From NCBI GenBank assembly GCA_009103225.1, contig RHPI01003079.1:201163-265162 (forward strand): a stretch of DNA of 64,000 bases, given 5' to 3'. The notes beneath the pieces were generated by a model. The model had not been told where the DNA came from. It saw only the letters and a list, made by a program, of their open reading frames with translations, and ran no database searches. Made by a program: the position numbers and the translations under genes. Origin of the DNA: Chlorokybus atmophyticus (taxonomy: Eukaryota; Plantae; Mesostigma and Chlorokybus algae). This document shows, in pieces, positions 34,711 through 45,567 of this stretch (positions within the stretch are counted from its first letter, which is position 1; each line of letters opens with the position of its first letter).

Positions 34711-36401
34711 GGCGGCGGAGTTGGCGGAGTGCGGTGGCACCAACACGGAGACGGCGGGCACGGTCAAGAAGGTCATGGTTTGTGACGTGTGCCATTCCTA
34801 CGTCGTCAACAACGGTCAGCGTTCGCGCCTTCAGAAACATCAGGCTCAGTGCAAGGCGTACCAGGAGCGCTTTGAATACACTGCCGCATGCTGGCATCAC
34901 CACGCTGCAGGTCATCACATCCTGCACTGCCGAGTGAAGCTTAGGTGTGCGCAACCAGTGTTTTTTAATATGCAATGCGCATGCCATCAGTGCGAAAGCT
35001 CTCTGTTTGAATGGCACGGCCTACCCATGCGATACATGCCTTACGTCCGCCCCACCACCATGATCGAAGGGATGCAATGCCGCCTGCTGGCGGTGAGTGG
35101 CACAGATGGCACTGATAATACTGCACGCATTTGTGCCAACACTAATACTGTATATACAACTTGTGCGCCAGGGCCAGCGCGCGTGCGCTGCGGACGCGGT
35201 GACGCGGTGACCGTTGTCATGCTGCCAGAGATAACGGCTGTTGCATCAGAATTCCTCGAGGTTGGTGTTTCAACGTGAACGTGCATCACACCTAGTGCAT
35301 TACACAACAGCATTGTAATTGTGGACAACCAGACTGAACGAGAAGGAACCGATGCCGCCAGCGTGCTGCGCAAGCGTTGCGCGCGCGGGGATGATGCATT
35401 GGAGGGCCTCGATGTACTGGTGTACTGGCCGATGGACGAGACTTGGTATACCGGAGTCGTCTACATTTACAACCCACGCAATGGTGAGTTATCACGGTCA
35501 AGAGCATTCACACGTGACACCGGCCATGGACTCAACGTAGCGCACTGCAATTGCAGGGCGCCACAGTGTGCGCTTTGTCGACGGCGACAAGCAGCATATG
35601 AAAATCGACAAGCACAACATGGTGGTTGTGTTCTGGCACCAAGGAGCTCAGTGTTGCCACCGCGTTGGTGGTCAGCGCGTACCCACTCACCGCAAGATCC
35701 CTCCGCCTCTGCCGTGTCTCCCGCTGTGGTCGTCATCAGCGCCATTGCTCAACGTTACCGGCGTTGACATCAATCCACAGCCCGAGTACCCGTTCCCCTT
35801 CATACAAGCTGATGCCCTGGTAGTCGACCTGGCGCCATACGACCTGATTTGGGCTAGCCCCCCTTGCCAGGCATATGCCCGATGCATACCAGATTCACAA
35901 CGTCACCAGCATTCCACACGGTGGAAGCACAGCACACTGCTGCCATCGCTGCGATTGCGCCTTCATGAGTCAGGGAAGAACTACATCCTGGAGAACATAC
36001 CAGATGCTGCATGTCACATGCAGCACAACATGGTGCTGTGCGGCACCATGTTTGGACTGCCAACCTTCCGGCACAGGCTTTTTGAGACACATCCCAAGAT
36101 GGTAGCCGACCTGGTGTGCGACCATACGTCCAAGAGTCTAGGTCCACTGTCGGGTCATGTGTCCAGCACTGCCAGCCGCACACTGAACAGCACTACCCAG
36201 CAGATGTACCCCGTGTATGGCTCCGCTGCATCGCGCGGTACCATATCCGGCTGGCAGCAAGCATTAGGCATTGACTGGATTGATGCTGATGCCACACTCG
36301 TCGAATGCATTCCGCCTGCATACTCTGAGTATATTGGGCGGTGCATGTTGCAGGCAATGGGATACACATTGAACAGCGGCCCCATATCATGGGGCCGCTG
36401 A
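34711..36401 (+). pseudogene. Unit 2 cargo gene: Cys/His module + Tudor-like domain + C5 DNA methyltransferase lacking motif I
   Basis: Same exon layout and same intron position inside Tudor (NG|RHSVRF, 35482/35556). VTGVDINPQPEYPF, IWASPPCQAY, YILENI and ECIPPAYSEYIG are open, but the FxGxGG segment is missing. Confidence 0.88.
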
Positions 36402-36629
36402 GTATCAATCCGCATGTCTATTTGTGTTAGTTTACAAGTCAATTTGTACACTGGTGCACTTTGATTCTCAATGCACATTTCCAGGTCAATATATGGTTGC
36501 AACCTTGCATGACCACAACATTGCATTTGCGCTCAAACATCAACGTCAGTTTTCCACTGCCGCTCACACACAGCACCAGACATCCTATCTGCACGCCCAT
36601 GCCGGTCTAACTACACAATGTCACCGTCC

Positions 36630-37904
36630 AGTTGATGCGGAATAGGGGACATGCATACACTGCGCGCAGTCACCTAGCGAGCAGACACACACGTTATGTA
36701 CAAGTAGCTTGTTGCGTACAGTGCACACTGCCTAAGACAACACAGCTGCACTGGCATCCTCATTGCCCTCCTCGCTGGTGTCACACCCTGCCTGCGATGG
36801 AGTCTCTTTGTCGTATGCACCACACCACTGACCCCGTACTCGGACTGGTCAGAGTCAGAGTCAGTGTCGTCGTCCATGTCTCTGAACACCTGGGTGAGGT
36901 CGTCGTGAGCAAGCATCCATTCCACAGGCGTGAGTACATGTGACCCAGGCACACCATGATCAACATCACCCATTTAGAAGCGTCTGCGTGTTATATACCC
37001 TACCTGTCAAGCACCCTGATCCATATGCCTGGCAGACTGAATCACCACTGTAACCGCAGCTTGCACATCGCATGCGACTCGCAACCCAGGCCATGCGCAC
37101 GAGACAGATCACAACCCAGCTGGTCGGCATTCCAGTGCATATGCATACATCGATAAGGGGCAGAATACAACTGAGTCTCGTGACACAACACACACCCAAT
37201 CAATATATACACGCACCACATTAATTACAGTTGCAACACACATACGTGCGCACATACCAGGGTCTGCAGGCACGACAGGATCCCAACCTCCACCGACAAC
37301 TGCAGGGGGCGGGTGGGGCAAGTCAGGATTATCTGATTGGGCATCGTCGCCACCCTGCAATGGATGCATGCTCCACTAACCGATCTCAAACGGGCTCCAA
37401 TCAGTGTCATGCCACTGCTCAAGCCAATGCCGTCGCCTTCCAGGTCCCACATCACAATCAGTGGCGATCACCCAACGTGCCAGCACCACTCCACCCACCA
37501 CATGCTCCAACACCAGCAGATCACTACTCAAACGCATTGGCCTGCCGCCTGCTCGTCGAACCCTATGCAAGCTGTACCCAAACCCAAACCCACCCAAAAG
37601 CTCCACGTGCAGCTCCTTGACACCATCGCCAGACTGCACCCCTGATCTAGCAACCTGCAACGGCCAGCCTAGCAAAACCTACACAAGACCGGGGGACAAT
37701 ATCACATGCCACGCATCCGCCTATACAGAGACCAAAGCAGCACGAAGCTGCACAACGACAAATCATGCACATTACTTAACGCTGACTCACCTGCTCGTAT
37801 GCAGACTGGTAGAATGTGCTACTCCGATGTATATGAGGGAGTGCCCTGCTGTCAGCAATAGTAACTGCCAAGGGGATGTCGCCGCCCCCGCCGTCGACAT
37901 CCAT
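36630..37904 (-). pseudogene. Unit 2 unknown antisense gene
   Basis: Exons MDVDGGGG...SAYEQ| and |VARSGVQSGDGVKELHVELLGGFGFG...WHDTDWSPFEIG*, with GT-AG borders and an acidic segment DMDDDTDSDSD; no recognisable family. Confidence 0.4.
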
Positions 37905-38500
37905 CACACCCACCCACCCAACGCAATCGCCGACCCCGCCGCCCACCAGCACCACCCGCCAAGCAATGCCCCCATTCACGACCGATATATCAACGCCAAA
38001 CAGTAGTCAGCACGCTGATATCCACCGGACGGCGGCAACATTCACATCCGACCAACAGCGTCAACCGCCGTTTACTTAACAGCACCACACGCACCTTCCA
38101 CCATGCAACAGCGTTAAACATCGCATGAACATGCGTGGACAACAGCGTTGTGTCGACCACTCAACACGCTCAGCCGACGCTAATCGATCAGCGCAGACAC
38201 TAGACAATGCACCGTTGATCACCCGATCAACTACAACCAGGTCAGCGGTGTCAATAAACGTTGCAACACCGCCATCCCACGCGTCTCAGCAGACCAACAC
38301 CAACAGCAGCCGCGCGCACAGCGCTGCCAGGCCTGGCATAAGCTTTGCCCGCCGAGAGGCCTCTGGCTTTCTGACTGCACCCGGTCGGCACGACACGACG
38401 CGACGCGAAAGCCTCGGACACCTGACCCCTAAATTATGTCGTGTCCACGAGGACACAGCGCGATACACATAGGCATCAGGCGTCATCACGCGGCCAAGGC

Positions 38501-38556
38501 TTGCTTGATGAATAGCAGTATATGACCCCTCGGGCGATCCGACTGTTAACGTGCAC
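38501..38556 (-). repeat. Inner inverted repeat, right copy
   Basis: TTGCTTGATGA...CCCCTCGGGCGATCCGACTGTTAACGTGCAC is the reverse complement of 12863-12906 apart from small indels. Confidence 0.8.
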
Positions 38557-39463
38557 CGACTGTCGGGTATATACCCGTGGATAGCCGCAAATGGTCGGCG
38601 GCTGATTGACAGCCGGCCGGCTGTCAATGAAGCTGTAAGGGGCTTTGAATGCAATCAACATACTTCATAGTACCGTACGTGTATTTGCCAAAATTTGTGG
38701 ACATGCACCATTAACATGTTCTATGCGTTTATCTAAGTATCTACGTATACATGAACATTATATATTTGTATGCTTTAACGCAATATATATCACATATAAT
38801 ATATATATATATAATGTTAGCGTGTGCATAAATAAAATTAATTTATACGCATAGATGCGCAGGTTCAAATGGTTATATCAGTTTTAGGTTGAGCCGTATA
38901 CAAGGTATGTCTTATATAAAAATGGAAACAAGAAGTCACATAAATGACGTCACTTATTATAATTGCCTCTTATCAGACCGCAGAATGATTGACAGCCCCA
39001 ACCAATGCATTGTGTCCAACCAGTCAGTAAATACCTACGTTGGTGCCGCAATACAGTTTCAATATTTATATCATGTAAACGTATATATACGTTTACATAA
39101 CATAAATACTATAAACACGAATGTTTACATATATACACATGTAGGTTTGTGTATGCGCACGCAAGCAGGATGATGACAACCCCTAACAAGGTTACATACT
39201 CATGGACAGCCCCCAACAAAGCATTGTAGTTTACAAACCTTGGCAGCCGCCGAGTTGCGGCTGTCTGTGTCATCAATCATGACCTCAAATAACGTAATAC
39301 CGTTGATTAATACTGGTACAGCCTATGCACATTGATAGCGCATGCACTGCCTATGGGCCTGTCAATTCACAACGCCGACTTCCTGTGCAATTTACGCCGC
39401 CGACAGTCGCCAGCGGCCGTCGGTACGGTCTAACGCAATTACTACGCTGTTCTTACCGGAACG

Positions 39464-39537
39464 TGCACATGTAGCTTAGTGGTTAGGGTGTCGTGTTTGT
39501 ATTCCAAAGATCTTGAGTTCGACTCTCGGTGGACGCA
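39464..39537 (+). ncRNA. Degenerate tRNA-like sequence (Pol III A and B boxes); pseudo-tRNA or SINE head
   Basis: A box TAGCTTAGTGG (39472) and B box GAGTTCGACTC within a pairing T arm (TTGAG-TTCGACT-CTCGG). Acceptor and anticodon stems do not pair. Confidence 0.55.
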
Positions 39538-39682
39538 TATGTTCTTGACTAAGCATCTCTAAGACGCCGCGGCCTCGGAGCTGCAGCCTGCGGCCCCGCA
39601 GGCCGGGCGTCGGCTCAAGATAGAGCACTTTTCCGTCATTTGTAAAAACATCTGATGCTTATGAATAAATATTGCGGTCGAT

Positions 39683-39949
39683 GGTCCACTGGCCGGACCA
39701 GTAATGATTTAAGTACATTTGCATGGTTAATTAAGTCCCTAGTGCGCTGGCTGGCTCGTACCTGGTCCTGACGCGACCGTAAACCGGCCGGACCAGACAT
39801 GGTGCGACCCCAAAAAAACATGGGACCGTTCACGTGAGGTTTGGACCATGTATGGTCAGACTGTCAATGACAGCCGGACCATACATGATCCACCGATTTC
39901 ACAAAGCAGGGCAAAATCCCGGCCCGAAGGCACGGACCATTCATGGTCC
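39683..39949. repeat. Right subterminal GGWCC motif array
   Basis: 9 GGACC/GGTCC sites counted in ~270 bp. Confidence 0.8.
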
Positions 39950-39968
39950 TTCAACGGCAAGCGGTGTG
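39936..39968 (-). repeat. Right terminal inverted repeat
   Basis: Reverse complement CACACCGCTTGCCGTTGAAGGACCATGAATGGT, followed by ATA (39969-39971). Confidence 0.85.
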
Positions 39969-40357
39969 ATATCAAGTGACAATCGCTGTGGCAATAGCCT
40001 CGATATGACCGTTAGCTTATGTTCTGAATAGTCATGATTTGACGTGTATAAGTAGTCACAGTGTTCACCGGATCAGATGGTGACACTGTGAGAAAGCTAA
40101 CAGCTTGTGAAACGACTTGAATTGCGAACACGCCATACCGGTTACCAAGAACCCCCCTCACTGTGTGAGAGCCTGTGCATGCTCATGTGTGCATTGTGCT
40201 TGTCATCGCTATGAGCTTGGTGTGCCTGGTTGCAGTGTGTTTGTTGGCATCAGTTAGGGCATAGCATCCACGTGTTGCTTGCTCGTTTGCCTCACTTAAC
40301 AGTGTAACACATTTTCCGCTCATGCAAAGAACATTGTAAACAGCACTACCTATAGTA

Positions 40358-40600
40358 GTGGCTTGTTGATTGTGTGCTCTACATCACAGCACGTACACTG
40401 CAGAGGACACCGCCTCTACATGTCCGTGTGACTCAGCGACAGCGGAGCATTCACACACCAAGCACTCATCGCCGTACAAGCTGGGTTATCTTTTACTTTT
40501 GCTACATGTTATAACATGTTGCAGCGACAGGGCTAGCAAGCATGTCTCTTCCTGCAGCGGCCCGAGACAGTGTGACCCTCGACTCTCCTCGACCCGACAG
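40358..40600 (+). repeat. Truncated gypsy LTR fragment related to 12019-12256
   Basis: Direct repeat GTGGCTTGTTGA...CTCCTCGACCCGACAG with scattered substitutions. Confidence 0.85.
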
Positions 40601-42578
40601 AATGTACGCCTTGCCTTTTTTGACCTAGCCATGGCGCCACGTATCCAAATCACACCGACGACACCCCAGCCGTTGCCGCCGCTGCGGCGGACGGCGATCG
40701 GCTTGTTTCAAACCCAACATTGCGCAAAGTTCATACGCGGAAGCTGGCAGGGAAGTGCCCGCGAAAGCATATGAGCATTTCGCTAAGGTTTCTGGTTTCG
40801 CTACAGAAGCCAACGCAACTGTGTTTACTCGTGAACACAAGGTATTGCTGGAGTAAATGGAAAGTTAGTTTGCGAATTCACTCTGCGCTGCGATCTGGGC
40901 CGTTCCAATCCACTTCAAATAACATAGATTTATGGCATCTAAGTGAATTGGAGAGGCCCGAGCGGGTGCAGCGCATCATACTGTGGTTACTGTTCTTGGG
41001 CCAAGAGCTCGGCGCTGCCCGGAACCCCGTATCGAGAGGCGGGATCGGAGACGGTATGGCAAGAGGTATCGGGATGCGGCATCGAGAGTGGGTCATGAGA
41101 TACGGTCAACGGCGCGGTACGATACCAATTGTGCACAGTTAACTCCCGCTACATGTATAGGATTACTGTCCATCCTCATGGTATTTAATTTTATGACGTG
41201 GGTATTCCATTACTTATTCGGCTGAAGACCCTGCTTGGTGCCCCTTTTATTTTAGCGGTTAACCGTCGGTACTAAGTGGTTGGGTGTAAAACAGTTCAAG
41301 TGAGGGTTAGAAAGACGGCATGTGTTTGGGGTACGGGCCCCACTCCCTCGTACTGCCCAAAGTGCGCGCGTTTTAACCTCTAACTGTTGCCGATTTGGCG
41401 CCGAAACACCGACAATTGGACTGCACCGTTGAAATGTTGCTGCAGATATACCATTGAGCATTTGTGCAATGATTGGCATATCTATGCCTGTCTTGGGCAA
41501 CGGTGTGTAACACTTTCGCGATCCCGTTTAATCACAATTGTTCGTGATCAGATGATAGCTTAACGACGCAAATTTTTGTATAGTTGAATCTTAACGTTAA
41601 GGTGTGTAAGGTTAGTGTCAATCTACCAGTACTAACTATTGCGTAACTCAGGGGTAACTTCAAGTGTAACGTTACTACTTGATTTGCCACCTTGATAAGT
41701 GTGTTACATGGCATGTCATTGTGCGCATAGTGATTGGCATATATTTTAAGCAGTTGCATAATGTGGGGATGTGCTTTAGACGGTCGATTTGTTTCTTACA
41801 GATTGAACGGCTGATACTTGAAAGACGCCGCCTAGCCAATGAGCGGCAGGCGAGCCGCGCAGGGTGCCGTATGTGATGCCCTTTGCCCGGGTAAGGTGTT
41901 TGCGTGTGCCCTAATGCCGGGCGGCCCCGCCCAATCAGCCGCACCGCTCGTTTTTGGTGACTAGGTAGTGCGGACAATTGTCAACATCAAGAATTACCAC
42001 CAACAATATGACCTAGTGACAGAAGTTGATGGTGAGCACCCGGTTGGTCCCCACTTGCGCGCTGTTCCGCGCACCCTTTTCGTGGGTGGCTCTGGTGGCT
42101 GTTTTTCCCCGGCGCGCCCGACGACGCCACCTCACCTCGAGGGAGGGGGCCAAGCCGACGTGTCAACGCCGTAATCGACCCATCGCGAATCGCGAGACTC
42201 TTGATCGCAGTCACCTCTGACCCAAATTCATGCTTCAAAGATTTTGTAGTTTCCCTGTAGGTTTGCCCAGAGCCAGCCTGAGAAGTTTGTTCAGTGAAAC
42301 ACTTGCATGCAAGTTTCTCTCAGGTCAGTCGCCGAACCGTGCGACCAGTTGAACTGAACCGAACGCAGTCGTAACAAACCGTAGACTTTTGACAGCGGCG
42401 GCGGCGGCGGCGGTACAGGTCGGAGTCGGTGTGCGCGGCGGGCGTGTCGTCAGCAAGAGGTGTTTGTGTCAGTGATTGGGCGGTGCGTGTCGGTGCTTAA
42501 TTGTGGGTGGTTACTTTGCGTTGGTGAGCAAGCTTGAGGGTTTTGGTCTGTGTGGTCTGGGCGGCGAGGTAGGCACAC

Positions 42579-44268
42579 ATGGCGACCGCAGCATCCACCG
42601 CCGCCGCCGCCGGGAGCGTGCGGACGGCTACGGTGACGCCCCGGCTGGCAGTCCCCCGCAGCGAGCCCAGGGCGATTCCCTCGCCTTCCTCATCGTCGTC
42701 CGCCGCCTCCACTTCTTCCAGCAGACTCCGCCCGCTGGTCCAGCCGCTAGCGAGCCGCAGCAGTGCAGGCCGAACGGCAGTCCGCATGGCCGTGGCAGGC
42801 ACGCCTCGCCCACAAGCAAAGAAGGTAAATTTAACAACAAACAGATTTGCCTGTCTTCTGCTGCTGCTGCTGTTGTTGTTGTTGTTGTGTGTTTTGTGCT
42901 TAGGGTTTCTGATTGTCATGTCATTGGTCGCAGCCTTATGGTGGCAAGTACGAGATTGTGAAGGATGTGATGACGCGCGCTCCCCTGTCAGCCACACCTG
43001 AGATGACTGTTGAAGAAGGTCAGTTTCCTTTGCTGTTATTCACAATTCTCGCATCGATTGTGTTGTTGCTGCTGAAAGCGTGAAGATCGTTTCACACAGT
43101 TGGTTGGTGCTCAATGGTGATATGTTGTGCTCCGTTAAAGTGTGTAATCTTGTGCTCTGTGATACTCTGCCTGAGATCAGTAGCAATGCTTTCTTGAGAG
43201 CAGTAGCAGTGCTTTCTTGAGCATCTTACTTGGCCCCCATTGATGGTCGTCCAACTGGTCATGTCAATCAAAGCTTACTTATACACAATATTCTTGTTCA
43301 TGGCAGTAGCAGTACACCGTAACTTACAAATTTTTTGCATGCAAACAGCTCTTGAGTTGTTGGTGAAGTCCAAGATTACGGGCCTTCCTGTTGTTGATGA
43401 GAACCTGTGTGTCGTCGGCGTGGTATCCGATTATGATCTGCTCGCGCTGGATGAAATCTCAGGTGAGGAATGTTGCATTGTTCCTGCTTGGGCCGTGGTA
43501 ATGAACGATGCGCTGTTGCCCACGCACAGTTCCAATCAGTACTACGCTCGCACTGTTTGCGTTTTATGAGTTTTATGGTCGAAGAGTTGCGTGCTTTGCA
43601 GTGCACTCTTTGAACCTACACTACCATGCTTGCACTGTTGTCAAGCTTCGTAATGTGTTGGCGCAGGCACGCGGGAGGAAGACAGCTTTTTCTTCCCGCA
43701 AGCAGACAGCTCATGGGAAGTTTTCAAGCAATTGCAGGTACTTGGACCGTAACAAATAGCATTAGCTGACATGGGTTCGCACTGAATGCATATATTTGAC
43801 TGGTTGTGAACATGGGGGGTGTTGTGCAGTCTCTCCTGGCAAAAACGCAGGGCAAGACTGTGGGAGATGTGATGACAACGCAGCCAATTGTTGTGCGTGA
43901 ACAAACATCGCTGGACGCCGCTGCGCGAATGTTGCTTGAGTTGAAGATTAGACGACTTCCGGTTGTTGCCGAGGATGGCAAGCTGGTGAGCATGTCTTTT
44001 AAATCTTGCGCATACATGTGCGCACAAATGAGCGCGCTCCTACACATGCACACGCACATGTGTGAGAGTGTGCACACATGTGCAACCAGACAAACGAAGC
44101 AGTTGTGGGTGTGCGTGCACATATGTCTGTTCAGCATATAGTTGCCTTATGCGAGGGATGCTGAGTTGTTGTCTGTCTGTGTTGCAGGTTGGGATACTGA
44201 CCCGTGGCAACGTTGTCAAGGCTGCCCTAAATGCGCGGCGTGCTGCCAATGGCCAGTCTCTTTTGTAA
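42579..44268 (+). CDS. CBSX: Plastid-targeted CBS-domain protein, CBSX1/CBSX2-like (6 exons)
   Basis: Ser/Ala/Arg-rich transit peptide; exons YEIVKDVMT...TPEMTVEE|ALELLVKSKITGLPVVD...GVVSDYDLLALD, FFPQADSSWEVFKQLQ, KTQGKTVGDVMT...LPVV, VGILTRGNVVKAAL*. Confidence 0.9.
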
Positions 44269-45291
44269 CTTGTAATCCTATTTTCGTCAAAACATCTAGC
44301 AGTCTTAGCGTTGGTGAAAACATTCTTAGCTTGTCTGACTGCTGCCCTTTCTGGTCGCCCCTTGCATTCGCGGGCAGCCGCCAGGTCAAGCCACATTTGG
44401 TACAGTATTGATGATGCGCTGGTTTTCAATTGGCTCGCGTTTGGTGGTGCTGCTGTTAGAAATTGTGCACTTGTGCAAGTATTCTGCTGCTGTTCAATTG
44501 CCATGTAACTGAGTTGTACTGTATATGTACAGGTTATGCTGCCAGTAGTTGTAGACATTCATGACATCACTCACAACATGCCAAATAGCATGCAATGTGG
44601 TGGCGTGTCTGTTGGCACACACTGTGCGCAGAAGGCTGTAAGAAAGCTAGCAAAACGCAATTGCTGTATGGTACAGAGGTGGAAGGCGCACTGTGAGTGA
44701 ATTAAGCTACGCATGTCGATAAGCAATATGAACAAGCTCATGATGCACATTGAGTTGATTACCGTATCATACCCCATTGCAAAAAACAAGCATATGGTGG
44801 TACAATTAATAGCATCATGGCTATCACAATTACCATAACAGCTATAAATACACAAACACATGATCTCCATGCAAGATGTCAATGTAGCTGCACGCCGCCA
44901 CGATAGTATGTTGAGCCAAATGTAAGCTTTTGTGATGTTGTGAACAACACACACAATTGGTGTTCATGTACAGGTGTCCACACACTCGATGACGTCAAAA
45001 CTTCAAACTGCGCCATGAGTTGATTGCTCAACTCGGCATCCCAGTTAATAAGTTTAATATGTGTAAGTGCGTAAGAACTTGTTCTCACGACTTTTAAAAC
45101 TGATGATTGTATATTAAATTAATACAACTCAAACAAGGTTATATATGTTCAATGCGCATACCAATTTCAATTTGCGCAAGTCGTTAAGGGATATAAAGGA
45201 AGCCACGATAGTTGCTTGCGATCAATACTGCACGTGCATGATTTGTGCCAACGAACATTGCAACCTCATAATCTCGCAACATTATATTTTA

Positions 45292-45370
45292 CCCCCCCCC
45301 CCCCCCCCCCCCCCCNNNNNNNNNNNNNNNNNNNNNNNNNNNNNNNNNNCCCCCCCCCCCCCCCCCCCCC
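45292..45370. repeat. Poly-C tract spanning an assembly gap
   Basis: C runs on both sides of N (45316-45349). Confidence 0.9.
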
Positions 45371-45567
45371 GCCGCATACGAGTCATTTATTGATAGCTAT
45401 GACGCACCCCCCGGTCAGCTGATGTGGCGTGCGTCAGATCACCTTTTTTGCCCTGTCAGATCGCCCCATCGCGACTTTGCAGAAAGAGCAAAAAAGCGCC
45501 CAAACCCTAAAATCTCCTAACGAGAAACAGGCAGACCGTGCCGGCGCTGACGACGGCGACGACGCCG

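Larger units (their letters stand above)
12459..39968 (+). mobile_element. 27.5-kb TIR DNA transposon (Academ-like enzymes) made of two tandem diverged units, with nested copia and solo LTRs
   Basis: 33-bp TIRs (29/33 match), ATA on both flanks, GGWCC arrays at both ends and an inner inverted repeat; two collinear three-gene cassettes inside. Confidence 0.8.

Noticed and set aside
39464-39537. Functional tRNA-Thr(TGT) gene
   Set aside because: Acceptor and anticodon stems cannot pair; kept only as a tRNA-like relic.
12459-39968. Endogenous giant virus, Polinton or DIRS/tyrosine-recombinase element
   Set aside because: No capsid, packaging ATPase, PolB or tyrosine recombinase motifs seen.
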